A stretch of DNA of 64,000 nucleotides from Eledone cirrhosa (lineage: Eukaryota): positions 88,226,001-88,290,000 of the forward strand of contig OZ024747.1 of assembly GCA_964016885.1 (NCBI GenBank), read 5' to 3'. Below, in pieces: positions 20,929 to 34,319 of the stretch (position 1 is the first letter of the stretch; every line of letters begins with the position of its first letter). The notes beneath the pieces are model-generated. The model searched no databases. It was not told the DNA's origin and saw only the letters and a program-made list of their open reading frames with translations. The position numbers and the translations under genes were made by a program.

Positions 20929-21068
20929 GTAAAATGTTATTACATTTTTCACATGATAGTAGTAACTTTATTGTTTAGTTGATTTAAAAAATATTTTTTT
21001 GTTTTCAGTTCAGATTCAAAATTATGCTTCTGAGCTATGTAAAAGTAATTCAAACTCATTTTGAATAG

Positions 21069-21290
21069 TGGTTAAGATTGTTCTGGGAAAGCTACTATAA
21101 TGCAAGTTAGAAGTACAGGAGTGAAAACTATAATAAAATTAAGAAAAACAAATCAATAAATTATACCTTGACCCTCTATTTCATGACATAACTGTTGTTT
21201 TCTTTTTCTTACTGTACTCTAGTTTTCACTCCTGTCTTTCAAACTGACATTGTACCAGCTTTCCCAAAACAATCCTACCTACATATTGCA
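21069..21290. mobile_element. Fold-back MITE with ~70-bp imperfect TIRs
   Basis: GGGAAAGCT..AGGAGTGAAAACTA pairs with TAGTTTTCACTCCT..AGCTTTCCC. Related pieces at ~26525-26640 and ~63270-63470. Confidence 0.6.
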
Positions 21291-22617
21291 AAATGTTTCA
21301 TATAAACGAAAAAACAAACTTTAAACATGTTTTTATCACATCTATTTTGCTATTTATTTTGTACTCATATTTTAATTGTTTATTTATTTAATTTTAGTTG
21401 TAAAATTAACCATTAGTTTCTTTAGAAAAAGATCTGTTTGCATGTGTGTGCATGATTGTATATGCAAATATTATGGATGTATATGCATAATAAAGAATCA
21501 TGTGCACACTTGCATACATAAATGTATGGTAGAACTGTAGTTGCATACTGAACTAGAAAACTAGTGATAACTATTGATCCAATATGCAGTTTGATATAGG
21601 TTTTCTTTATTTTCTCAAAGAGTTTAGTTCTGTGTTGTTACATGGCTCTAAACAGACATTCAGCTCCTTTAGTTCTTTGATGTTACATGCCTTTAAACCA
21701 ATGCTACAAATATCAGTTTAGCTCCTTATCCCAGCTCAGGAATATGCAGCTGTTAGCTATTTTTTTTTGTTTAAGTTTATATATTACAGCTAACTGAGTG
21801 GCATAGCAAGGGATCTCAACACCAGGGCAAAAGCCCTTTTAGCATTCCCACCTTAATTAATTGGCAGGATAGACTAGAGGAAATGTTGCACCCCTTCATA
21901 CCTGCACCTAACGATGGTTGTCCCCTCCTCACAGCTGTTCTTTTGCTATGCCACTGAGTTAACCAAATCAATAGCAAGATCCTATAAATCTATTATGTCC
22001 CACTATGGTCGTAACTGTGACTCCAAATACAACAGATATGAACCAATGAAAGAACTTGTACATTGTCATTTGGAGTGCTTGAAATATCAGTCCCTTAAAT
22101 CATAATTTGTTTTAAAAATGAAGTACACATTGGATAATGTAGTCATAGATTCACTAAATCTATAATAAAAAAAAAATGGGTGGTCAAGGTTGATACTCTT
22201 TTCATCAGTGGGCTGTTCAGTCAAAGTTGACTTGAGGCAAAACAACACAATAGACACTTGGATCTTTTTTTTTTTTTTTTGCTCTTCTCTGGTGGATGTT
22301 TAGGCACATCTGTTGCTGAAAAGAGAGTGTGTGAAAACCCTGTTTAGTGTTATTTGAATAGAAAGGCAGCTTTTCTTTGTTTTGTTTTACCAATTTTTGA
22401 TAAAATGTCATTAGTTAAATTAAATCATTCAGACTTAAATGTAATGTCCATTGATTCAATGCAAGGCAGATATGAATTCAAAACCTGTGAGTTCATATAT
22501 ATTATCACTGTGATTTCCACTCTGCATGTTAGCATATTTACTTTCAAGATTAAATGAAACTATTGAAATGTGAGTTTCTGTTAGAAAAATGTTCAACTTA
22601 TCATTTCATGTACTAGC

Positions 22618-22920
22618 GAAGACGTGTTGCTTAGTGGCTAGGGTGTTTGTAATGTCATGAGTTTCACTCCTGGTGCTGTGTTGAGTCCTTCAACAAGACA
22701 TATTTCATGTTGCCCTTGTTCATTCAGCTGGAAAAAAGGTGTTGTACCAGTAATTCAAGGCCTTGTCACACTGTGTTGCTCTGAATCTTCCTGAGAATTA
22801 CATTAAGGGTATATGTGTCTGCGGAATGTTCAGCTTCTTACACACTAATTTCACAAACAGGCTGTCGCGTTGATTAAACAACTGAAACCTTTGTCGGTGG
22901 AACCAGTGGAAGTCCAACAA
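22618..22920 (+). mobile_element. SINE family S1, diverged
   Basis: Decayed A and B boxes followed by gtccttcaacaagaca. Confidence 0.6.
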
Positions 22921-23886
22921 ATTTCATGTAGCAAACATTGAACATGAATTAACATTTTTCATAATCTTTCTTCAATTATAAGGTAGTTACAAAGAAATGT
23001 AGACAGAGTTTCCATGAGATGTAGTTCTTGTATCAAATAAAAGGTTTAGCATAGAGCCTGAAAGGTGTGACAGAATAAAGATATGGAGGGGAAGAGGAAG
23101 GGTTCTGGAATGATGTAGGAAAGGGTGACATAGAATTGGTATTTTAAAGGAGTAGAAACAGTTATAGTAATTAGCAGTAGAAGAGACAGAAAAATAAAAC
23201 AACTAGACACTATTTTTAATTGTATATCCTACATGCAATAATGTTTATTGCATGCTTATTAACTTTTTATCTAATTGTTCTGAGATAAATAATAAAATAG
23301 TATTATTCTTTTAATAAGTAAAAATATATAAAATAACTGAGTTCTTTTCTATCTGCTACTGTTGCTGACTTAGACTTGTGATGAGGTTTCTGAATCGGTA
23401 AGCAGATCATTCACCTGATTTTCTTCTGTTTTCCCTCAATATAGCTTTAGATAATTATTCTCCCATTTCTCTATTGGCATGATTTCACTGCATAACATGT
23501 ATAACTAAATATTACACATCTCTGCGAGACATGTTGTTTTTTTATTTTGTCATCTTGCATAAAAAGATACTGCAATATTTCTACCCAGCATTCACTTTTA
23601 TTGTTCAATAATATCATATTATCTCTGTCAAACAACAGCAAAAGTTCTATGTTTATTTTGTCTATTTCAGGATAAATCTTTTTTTTTTCTTTTCTACCTT
23701 TATTGCTTTCAGATAAACTCCTAATAATATCCCAATCAATGTCTCTTCTCTGTATGCTATTGTATACTTTATGTATATTTCTTGCTTAATGTTATCATTA
23801 TACTAGTTTTGTATATTTAAAGAATGAAATTTTAATTGTGATTATTAAATTTTTTGATCATCAATGGTTCGTGTATAATAATCAGT

Positions 23887-24150
23887 GAAGGTGCGTGGCC
23901 TAGTGGTTAGAGTGTTGGGCTCGTGATCATAATATTGTGGGTCCGACTCCAGACCAAACAGCATATTATGTACAAGACATTTTATTTCATGTTGCTCCAG
24001 TCCATTCAGCTGAAAAGGAATACCAGCAGCAACTGTGAGATAACCCTGCAACAGGCTCACATCCTGTCTTGTATTCTCACAGTCACTTAACATCATATGA
24101 AACTGGGATAAAATCCAGCCTAATGAGACTCTGGACTTTGGACAGACTTA
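23887..24150 (+). mobile_element. SINE family S1, diverged
   Basis: TGGCCTAGTGGTTAGAG head followed by caagacattttatttcatgttgctccag. Confidence 0.65.
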
Positions 24151-24963
24151 GATAAAATAAGAATAATAATTATTAGTGTTAGTTTTATTGGAAAGGTCAC
24201 AAGCAACAATCTAAACTTCAAAAATGAAAGTTGTTAATTAAAATGTCAGCATAACAGTATAAATTGGATTCACTAGATTTGTAAAATATACACTCAAGGT
24301 GGTGCCCCAGCATGGCCACAGTCTACTGACTGAAACCAGTAAAAGAATAAAATAAAAACTGTAGAACAATGCATCAACTTGCTTCATTGTAAAATATTCA
24401 TTTTCAAACACAATATCCTGCTATCAACTATCTGTTAGAAATTCTTGAGAGTATACTTTTAAAAATGTCATCTGCTTTGTTGTAATATCTTTCACCGATA
24501 ACCTCCTTTCTCTCTCTCTCTTGATATTGTAACTTTTTTTTCTAAACTCACTGGCTCTATCACAATCTCATTCAGTTTCCTTTCCCACTGCATTTCTTTG
24601 CATATCAAGCATTGGTGTTGTCATTCATTAGAAAACAAAATTATTATATTCCAAAAATTAGGATGTTATTGAAAAATATATACACACACTTCTAATATTT
24701 TGGCCCTCGATATTATTTTCATAGGCAGTGAATAACTGAATAACATTAGAAATATGGTGATAAAAGAGTTAATAAGAAAATGTCTTTATTATAAAAATAT
24801 TCTTGTATTATCTTGCTGAACACTCGAGTACAATTAATAAAAGATAACTTCAATATAGAAAGAGTACATGAAAATATATTTCTGGGTGTGTTATTAGGCC
24901 ACAAAATCTGCTGGATATTTCATATAAAATAATTTATGGGCAAAGATGTTAAATTATTTGCTA

Positions 24964-25192
24964 TATAGAAGTGGGATATTTATGTATATAAATTGTACTG
25001 GGTGGTAGTACATAGAATTGGGACAGTATAGTTGTGTATATAAATTGTATTGGATAGTGTATAGAATTTGGATAGTTGTGTATATATATTTGATTGGATA
25101 ATATATAGAGTTGAGATAGTTGTATATGTAAACTATATTGGGATATACATATAATTGGAATAGATGTGTGTGTGTGTGAATTCTACTGGGAT
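24964..25192. repeat. Diverged ~38-bp minisatellite
   Basis: Recurring atagaattgggatagttgtgtatataaattgtattgg-like units. Confidence 0.55.
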
Positions 25193-25686
25193 GAGCATTC
25201 CACAGAGATGTGCACCCAAATCAGTGTAACACAGTATATAACAAGGCTGCTACAACCCGTCTAACAGGCTTCCATACAGTTTCCATCTACCTGATTTCAC
25301 TCACAGAGTTTGTGTTGTGATTCTGAAGTAAACTCTTTAACCATTCTGCCATATCAGCATCCACATGTGTAGTACATAGAATTGGAGTAGTTATTTATAA
25401 AACACAGATGTACATACATGCATGCAGACTCACACACATATACATACACACATGCGTGCAGACTCACACTCACATACACACAAATATACGAGTGAATTAA
25501 TGGGGTATTGAATACAAGTAGGAATAAATAAGTTTATGTTGTTTCCTCTTCATTTTTGGACATGTAATATTTCATTTGTGATGTTATATACATTTTTTTA
25601 AAAAGTTTGTTTTATAGATTTTATTCATATTATCTTATTGTTTTTTCTGTATTTTTTATTTCTTGCATGTTCAGAATTAAAAAAAA

Positions 25687-25731
<45 letters not shown>

Positions 25732-26165
25732 GGGTGGTGGATTGGCAGTATCAGTAGAGTATCGGCCAATATGCTTTTTGGCACATAGTTACGGCTCTTT
25801 ACATTCTGAGTTCAAATCCCGCTGAAGTTAACTTTGCCTTTCATCCTTACAGGGTCGATAAACTAAAGTACCAGAAATGCACTGGGATCGATTTAATCGA
25901 CTTTCTCCTCCCCTTCAAATTGCTGGCCTTGTGCCTATAGTAGAAACCATTATTATTATAGGGTGGTAGATTGGCAGTATCGGTAGAGGGTCTGATGCCA
26001 TGCTTTGCAGCAAAGAGTTACGGCCCTTTATGGTCTGAGTTCAAATCCCGCCGAGGTTAACTTTGCCTTTCATCCTTACGGGGTCGATAAAATAAAGTAC
26101 CAGTAATGTACTGAGTAATTGCTGGCCTTGTGCCAAAAATAGAAACAATTATTTTTATTATTATT
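25732..26165 (+). mobile_element. Two tandem tRNA-derived SINEs (family S2) in (ATT)n
   Basis: Heads GGATTGGCAGTATCGGTAGAG..GAGTTCAAATCCC. Nin-like central AACTTTGCCTTTCATCCTTACGGGGTCGATAAA..AGTACCAG. (ATT)n tails. Copies start at 25732 and 25961. Confidence 0.85.
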
Positions 26166-27208
26166 AATCCAGTAATTTTATTGTTATTTTGTTCGTTCGT
26201 TGCACAACTGAGCACAACTGTGTGTCGTGCCTTGAGTATATGTAGTGTTTTGTTTTTTTATATTGTATTAAAAGTACTCTACATAATATGTGCAGTGCTA
26301 TTTCTTCTATATTTGTCTACATTTTATTCTAAGGGATTTGGGTTTTATATTTATTTGTATCCTTTTGCTTTTTTAATCTGCCCAAAGTAACTCTTAGAGT
26401 AGGGATTGTTCCAAATACTGGATATCTCTGTTTCTACATTTGGATAGTGTTTCCATTTCTTTCAGAGATGTATTATCATTGATTTTTTTGGGTGCATCAA
26501 TTTCCAAAACATCTTTTGCTTAGAGTTGGTCTGGAAAAGCCAGTACAATGTAAGTTAGAAATACGAGAGTGAAAACCCAAATAGAGTAAAATAAGAAATA
26601 TGTAACAACAGTTTACACTTTTACCTTATAATTCGTGATATTTTGGGATTATAACCCCTTTTTCAAAAGAAAAGAAATGAAGTGTGATGGTGATAAGTAG
26701 AACTTTTCTGCATAGATGTTGGGTCAGAGGTGTAGTGACATATGTAGACTGGTATAGTCACATTAGCCAACCAACTTCATGCAACTCATTCCTGTTGTTT
26801 GTGTGAGGATTCATTCTATTGATGAGTATAACCTCTTTAATATGTAAATCTCCAATGTTTTGTTTCTTGGCTTCTATGGTAATATTGATTTTTGTAGTCC
26901 ATCAAATGAAACCTCAAAGAAAAAAAAAATTGTATGTGAAATCAATATTATCTAAAAGTTTGTTTTCTTTCTTATTTGCTGCACTGGATTATATAAAGGA
27001 GTGTTGGTTGCTGATAATATATTCCCATTGGAACTATTGATATCATCATTTGATATCTATTTTCTCTGCTAGCAAGTTTGTTTAAAAACTGTATCGCCAC
27101 TATATTGACTCAACCTAAGTGTTGATTTTACCTAGGTGGCCAAAATGACAAAAACCTTACCCTGGAGGATGGTGAGGGAGATGGTGAAGTTGTAATGTGA
27201 TAACAATT

Positions 27209-27312
27209 AAATAAATGTACAATATTGTGCATGATTAGGTGTCACAGTTAACTTACTCTATAATGTAAGTTAACTGTGACACCTAATCATGCACGATATT
27301 GTACATTTATTT
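27209..27312. repeat. 48-bp near-perfect hairpin with 8-nt loop
   Basis: Arms are 27209-27256 and 27265-27312, with one mismatch. Confidence 0.9.
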
Positions 27313-28396
27313 ATAGAGTAAGTTAATGCGACAAATTACTCAGGAACACCATCAGCATTAAAACTGTAGCCAAGCTCACGTTACCATATTTAATGCAGCA
27401 AATATTTAAAATCTTATTAGAAATAATCATGGATTGAGGAAAATAAATTATAATCACTGTCTAACATTATTTGAATTATTCCAGCAAGTAAGGGAGATAA
27501 GTTCAGACACGTTTCAGTCCTATGAGAAACATCAGTTAAATATAGACATTACCATGTTCTACAAAATCACACACACACACACACACAGGGAACAAAAGAA
27601 CAACAAATGAAACAGCAAGATTGTAAATAATATGAATAAAAAGTTAGGTTGATGCTCAAGAAAAGTGAAAAAGAGCTAATGATGATGTTTTGAACTACAT
27701 TCTTTATCAGAAAATGAAGAAAAGAGTAAGATGGTAAGGAGGAAAAAGGCTGGTGCAAATTGCCATGTATGGCCATAGCAATGGACGATATGTATACATA
27801 TATATAGAAGGGAGGAAACATTTATTAACATTTATTTCAAAAGCTCTATAATTGTTTACTAGAATATCAATACTGTAGCAGTTCGTCACCATCATCATAA
27901 CTGTTTAACATCAATTTTACATGCTTGCATGGGTTAGTCAGGCTGTTATGTACTGATCCTAGACTGGTCAGTTATAAATAAATAAATATACAAAACCATC
28001 ATAGAGCTTGATATCACAGGGAGACTAAATTACATATGGACATGCATCTGTATATTTATTCAACTATATTTATGATTGTTTCATTTCATTTGGACTTTTA
28101 ATTACTTTATTGTCTGTTGGCTATTAATGATATAGCTTTGAAAGCTTTAGCTAAAATACTTTTCAAAACATCATCTACAATTATTTCATAGTATTGTCTG
28201 TCTTTTTTTTAAATTATTTTTTTCTCTTGTAAGGATACAATTTATCTTGTATAGAAATATTTTTGGGGTGGTAGGTAGGGGGTGAGATATGAATGAAAAT
28301 AATAATTGCTTTTTGTATTAGCTTTAATAATTTATGAATATTTTTAACTTTCAAAAATGTTTTAAAATATGTTAAGTCATTTTCTCTCAATTTTAG

Positions 28397-28516
28397 TTAC
28401 TGCGACAAAATGCTGATCTCCGGGCACGGTTATCTCGTATTCATACCGATTCTTCTGTTCCTGACTATACTACTGGAATGGTTTCTAATTCACCCTTACC
28501 GTCCCCAGCAGATAAA
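28397..28516 (+). CDS. OSBPL6: ORP exon c
   Basis: LLRQNADLRARLSRIHTDS...PADK. 120 bp, phase 0/0. Confidence 0.88.
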
Positions 28517-29134
28517 GTAAGTGAACTTTTTATATTTGATATTTTACTTAGATTTTTTGGATTGTGAATATCTGTATAAATTTATAGCTTAATTATAGAA
28601 TATCTCAAAAGGGTGTATTGCTTTTTTATTTTCTATTAAAATACTAAAATACACTAAAGATAGAAAAACGTTTGTAATAGGAAATATATTTGTAAATTTT
28701 TCTTTTTATCCTTCTGAGACCAAATTGCCTGAGACTGATCCTGGTTCTAGAATACAAAACTGTTTGTTTAAAATATGTATTTCATAATTTTATGTAAGAA
28801 CTTCTGTTAAGTTATGTTTCAAACACCAGCTTAACCCTTTAGCAATTAAACTGGCCATATCCAGCCAGAATTCTCTCATCTCTTTCTGTTCAAACTGGCC
28901 ATAACCATCTGCTCATACCAATGTTAAAGTATTGTTCTCAAAGTAAATAACATCATAATCTCATAGATTCGATATTATGTGAGATAATATTAACATAATT
29001 TGTTAATATTTGAATTTGAAGAGAATAATGTAAAGAAATAACCTAACTATTCTCCTTATTTCAAACAATAATAACTTTTTTCTACTATTATATATCACTG
29101 TTTGTAGTAAAAGATCTTTTGTTTTGTTTGTTAG

Positions 29135-29248
29135 GAGGGCACTGAACATAATACACTTACACAATCCTTCTCAGCTGAAAGCTGCTCAATGTCAGAATAT
29201 TACGATGCTCCTGAAGCACTGGAATCTCAAAGTGACACTACATCTGAA
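29135..29248 (+). CDS. OSBPL6: ORP exon d (FFAT motif)
   Basis: EGTEH...SMSEYYDAPEALESQSDTTSE. 114 bp. Confidence 0.9.
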
Positions 29249-29541
29249 GTAAGTTGGTATTTTTGTCATCATCATCACCACCACCACTGCCACCACTACC
29301 ATCATCATCATGCCTTGACATCCATTTTTCCATGCTTGCATAGTTTGGATGGGTCTTTTCCAGCACAGCAGCCCTCAACTTGTTGTGTTCATCTCTGTGA
29401 GCTTTAGCAATTTATGATTAGTTCTCACCACTTCCTCCCATGTCTTCCTTGGTCTTCCTCTACTGCTCTTTCCTTCCACTGGGAGTTTTTGGCATTTCTT
29501 CATCCAGCAATCATCATCCATTCACATCACATGTCATTCTG

Positions 29542-29735
29542 ATAATAATTGTTTCTATTTTTGGCACAAGGCCAGCAATTACCCAGTGCATTACTGGTAC
29601 TTTATTTTATCGACCCCGTAAGGATGAAAGGCAAAGTTAACCTTGGTAGGATTTGAACACAGACCGTAAAGGGGCGTAACTCTATGCTGCAAAGCATGGC
29701 GTCCGACCCTCTACCGATACTGCCAATCCACCCTG
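29542..29735 (-). mobile_element. SINE family S2
   Basis: Reverse complement of the 25961 copy. Confidence 0.83.
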
Positions 29736-30999
29736 ATAATAATGTATGTATGTTGGACCTTCATCAGTTCCAATGACAAGTGCTGTTGTTTTGAACAACA
29801 GAACAGCGTGCTCGTGAATTTAATGTGTATATGTTTTACACACATGTGTACCTTTAACATAGTTCCCAGGCAGGTTCAATGTGACACAGCATTTGACAAA
29901 GCTGGCCCTTTGAATACAGGTACTACTGAAGCAATATGAAATAAAGTGTCTGGCTCAAGGACACAACATGCCACTGGGAATCAAACAGGAATTATGAACA
30001 GGAGCCAAACACTCTAAACACTAAGCCATCCTCCTTCATAACAATGATACATTATGATAATACATTATTATCACATTGGTCACACTATTACAAAACACAT
30101 CTTGCTTATATGTTCCATCTTTAGCATGGTTTCTACAGTTGGATACCCTTCCTAAGACTAACCATTCTACAAATTGTACTGGATGTATATAAATGTGGCA
30201 CCACTGCTAATACTTTATAGAGTGTACTGGGTGATTTTATGTATATGTGTGTATGACTATGTTTATATAGTATTGTACTAGGTTTACAAAAACACTATGT
30301 AAGTTTTAAGGTTATTTCAGACCAACCTATCATCAGGCTTTTAATTTGTAAACTAATATGGCACCTTAAGAAAGGAGGCAAGAAAAGGCATCAGTAGATG
30401 AGATTTGGATGGAAAGTGGGAGAAGGTAAGGTAAGAGTTATAAGCAGGCAGGCTCTGACACTGAGTCACTTCCCCTCTGTAAAGTTGGCAGATTCTGTAT
30501 TGAGGGTTGATTCAGAAAACATTATCAGTTGTCTGTGTGATAGCATGTATAATCTTTTATTATCTATTGGTGTTTATTGATGTAGTTCCATAGAAGGTGT
30601 TTAATTGGGACATTTATGGTATTTGGGATTTAATATATGCATATACATGTACATATGTTCTTGTATATACTCACACTGGCATACATACATATGTATATAT
30701 GTGGACATACACACATGCATATACACACACACTTATGCACACACATACATATGTATATATGCAAACATATATACAAACACATTCACAGATATGCACACCA
30801 ATACACATAGACATATACACATACAAGCACACAAATTTGTTTATTTACATATGCATATACATTCATACACAGACACACATATATATTATAATAATAAATG
30901 CAAATTTCTGGGTTATGGGCTCAGATCCATAACCATACACACAAAAACACAGTGTACTTACGGCAACCTCAATATTGGCAAATATAACTATCATACTTA

Positions 31000-31206
31000 C
31001 TGTATTTTTGGGAATATAGGACACGCCTTTTTCCCCAAATTTGACCCTCAAAATTACTGTGCGTCTTATAAGGCAAAAGTCAGGTTTGGGGTAATTACCG
31101 TATATAAATTTTTTTTATAATTAAAAAGTAGGAAATATTTAGACACAGTGATTTTGAGGGTCAAATTTTTGGAAAAAAAGCACATCCTATATTCCGAAAA
31201 ATACAG
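31000..31206. mobile_element. Tc1/mariner-superfamily (Tc2/pogo-like) MITE
   Basis: TA-CTGTATTTTTGGGAATATAGGA... / ...TCCTATATTCCGAAAAATACAG-TA. Imperfect TIRs of ~60 bp. Confidence 0.82.
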
Positions 31207-31345
31207 TAAGTATTAAAATAAATAAACTGCAAAATCAAATATGTTGGCCTGTGTTAGTATTATTCTGTTGTCAAAAAAAAGTTTTTCCTTTTATTTGTAA
31301 GTGATTCACTACACAGCCCCCTTACACAATAGAGACTATATAGAT

Positions 31346-31627
31346 CAGGGGCGTGCAACAGTTGGGCCACAATGTGGCCCACGATGACTGTTTTTAATTT
31401 TTACCTTGTAGGCTTATTTAGAATTTTTTCCGTAACCATAATACAATTTTCTGTTAGCTGATCTGATCTATACTAATCCGATAGGATTATGTGTTATAAT
31501 TTCCCAGTTCCATGTTATAGAAAGAAGTGGTGAATCTTTGGAATACTGCTTAATGAATATTAATGACCCTAATAGTTGTTCCAATGTTCAAAAGTGGCCT
31601 GTCAATGGAATATGTTGCACATGCCTG
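31346..31627. mobile_element. hAT MITE
   Basis: TIRs CAGGGGCGTGCAACA / TGTTGCACATGCCTG. 8-bp TSD ATATAGAT / ATGTAGAT. Confidence 0.75.
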
Positions 31628-32365
31628 ATGTAGATGATAAAAAAGTTTGTTTTATTAGAAAATCAGTATGAATTCAAATCAAATCAAAAGCACTCAGCTG
31701 GACTGTTTCAATCCTGCCACTGTTTATTACTGATTCATAGCTCATCCTTGCTTAGTTAAGTTGGGAGTCACCATTTTGTAGAAAATAGAACTTGTTATTT
31801 TGAATTAAATAAGCTGCAAGACAAAATATGTCAGTTTGAATTCATATCATTTGAATGTCATAAAAGTAGTTTCTTTTTTAATACATTTGTATACATTGAT
31901 AGTTACATTATGAAACACACATTTACACTAGCAGAGACTACCTGGAGAGCTATATTTCTTGTATTTATATATATATATATATATAATGTGTGATACTTTG
32001 CTTGAGGCATTGTGGAGTATGAAACTGAAGTGTTCAATTGTATAGAAAGCCATGTAATGCAAGTGGGTTAGTTGCCAAGGTAATAGTCAGAAGCAAAGTG
32101 AGAGAGAAAGCAAAATAAAAACAAGGAGTAATTGAAAGTTACCTTAGTAATTTATTATTCCCAAAATCTTTCGGATTTACCATCAAATATCAAGGGGACT
32201 CATAAGAAAAGCTTTGGAGAAAAACTGAGATTTTTCTTTCCTCTTGGTGACTATTTATAAATAAATAAACAACCACCAAAAGTAAAGAAAATTACATCAT
32301 TCTGTATTAATTAGACTGTTGCAAATGCAACTCCAATTAGTCGACATTTTACAACACCCCAAAAA

Positions 32366-32398
<33 letters not shown>

Positions 32399-32554
32399 AA
32401 CCAGTAAGACCCCGACAGCTGAGCTCAAGCCGTTTCGACGGCTAATTCTGGACTAAAAATGAATTAGCCGTCGTATTGAGTACTTTGGTGCGTTATGGTC
32501 CACCTGGTTCCTTACCACTTTTCCTTCGTTATATATATATATATATATATATAT

Positions 32555-34230
32555 ATCATCATTGTTTAACATCTACTTTTCTTGCTAGCAAAGGTTGGAT
32601 GTGTAATCAGCAGACCAGATTGGTACTCAAAGCTGAGGTACCGACTCCCTAGTAAGCCAGGAGCCTGCATCTTACATTCCTGTGCACTACTGATTGCTCA
32701 GGTGGGCCAGTAGTGTGCAACTCCTTACATATAGGACCTTTTGATTTGAGATCTTGCTTCATTGTCTGTAGTTTTCTTTCTAGTTCTATCATTTTGGCTG
32801 TAAGAGATGAATCATCAGCATACTGGACCCCTCATGAAAAACAAGTCTTGAATTCCTCTGTTATGACCTGGAGGACTATAATGAACAGTAGGGGACTGAG
32901 GATGGAACCTTGTTCAACTCGTACTTGCACATTAAACTTGTCATTGTACTCATTACCAACTGTTACCTTGCTAGTAGCACCTCTTTACATAACCTGTACA
33001 ATTTTCACAAGCCATTCCTCTATCTCTAACTTTCTGAGTGACCACCAAATTACAGAGCACAGGTTTCTGTCAAATGCCTTTTCCAGGTCAATGAATGCGA
33101 GATATAGGGTCTTATTCCTTATCTAAATTCTCTTACAATTGTTTAACTAGGAAGATGGCAACTGTAACACTTCTCCCAGGAACAAAACCAAATTGCCTCA
33201 CATCTAGATTAATTCTGTCTCTAATTAGTTGTGCAATAATTCTTTCTGTGACCCTAATAACCTAATCCAACAGTTTGATGTTTCAGTGATTTCCTTTATC
33301 TAGTGCATCTTCTTTGCCCTTGTAATAGTTGACAATGATGTTACACCAGTCATTGGGTAGGACACCTTCCTGCACTACCTGATTAACTAGGTGTATAACT
33401 ATCTTGTGACATGTTTCATCTGATAATTTAATCACCTTAGTAATAATCCCTGATGGGTTGGCTGCTTTTCCTACCTTTATATCTGTCATTGCTTTATCTA
33501 CCATACTGCTGGCAACTTTAACGGCTGGTCCCTCAGTTAGTTACACTTGAGGTAGACTTTCATACTCCTATGCATTCTCATTCTTGTAGTAACACTTCCA
33601 AGCTTCTTTCTTTTCAGCATCAGTAAGGGTAAGTGAGCCACTGTCATTCTGCACATACTTCACTCCCACAACAACTCGGTTCTCCCTGGTACACTGTCTT
33701 GTAATCCAAAACACCTCGCATTTCTGATCCTCACTTCACAGAACTTTAGCAAACTTTTTGCTTTTCACTTCCTTTGTTGCTACCTGGTATAGTTCCTTCC
33801 TACCTCTGGCCCTCCAGACTTTCCAAGCCTGTCTCTTAGCTTTTATGGCCCTGTCTACAGTATTGTTTCATCACCACATTGCTCTTAATCTGGTTGGTAG
33901 CTTGCCACAACCACAGATCTCATGTATGGCTTTCAGAAGGTTGTCTCAAAGGGGTTTCCAGTTTTCCTCTAAGACTTTATTTTGTCATCTTCCTTGCCTA
34001 AGTTTTCAGCTAGAATGTCTTTAAATTTAAGAATGTTTGCTGGATCTTTTATTTTCTATATTCTTCTTCTCCTTGTTATCTTAGGTTTGCCCTTGCATTG
34101 TGCTTTTTATTCTGAAGTTGCTAATCACCAATCTATGCTGAGTAGCGCATTTTTCACCAGGGAGTGCCTTGGTATTTCTCAACAACTGCCTATCTTGGCG
34201 AGGATAAGATCAATTTGGCTTGAGATCCAC
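32555..34230 (-). mobile_element. Old, internally deleted RTE LINE
   Basis: ORF 33283..33504 (GKAANPSGI..PNDWC..YKGKEDALDKGN) plus minus-strand AFIDLEKAFDR and QGSILSPLLF remnants. (ATC) tail at 32555. Confidence 0.85.
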
Positions 34231-34319
34231 CTTATTGGCAGGAGATATATGCATGCATGGAAAATAGACATTAAAGAGTGAAGATGATGATGAAATAATA
34301 TATATATATATATACGTTG

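Noticed and set aside
23376-23415. GTGATGA-ggtt tctg aatc-GGTAA hammerhead-like string
   Set aside because: Both core halves are mutated and there is no helix I or III.
29189-29407. ORF joining the FFAT exon to a poly-His tract
   Set aside because: It reads through a canonical GTAAG donor at 29249. The His run is the (CAT/CAC)n tail of an antisense RTE or SINE end.
30300-30345. Minus-strand CTGATGA-taggttggtct-GAAA
   Set aside because: The core is present, but helices I and III do not pair convincingly. At best it is a relic.
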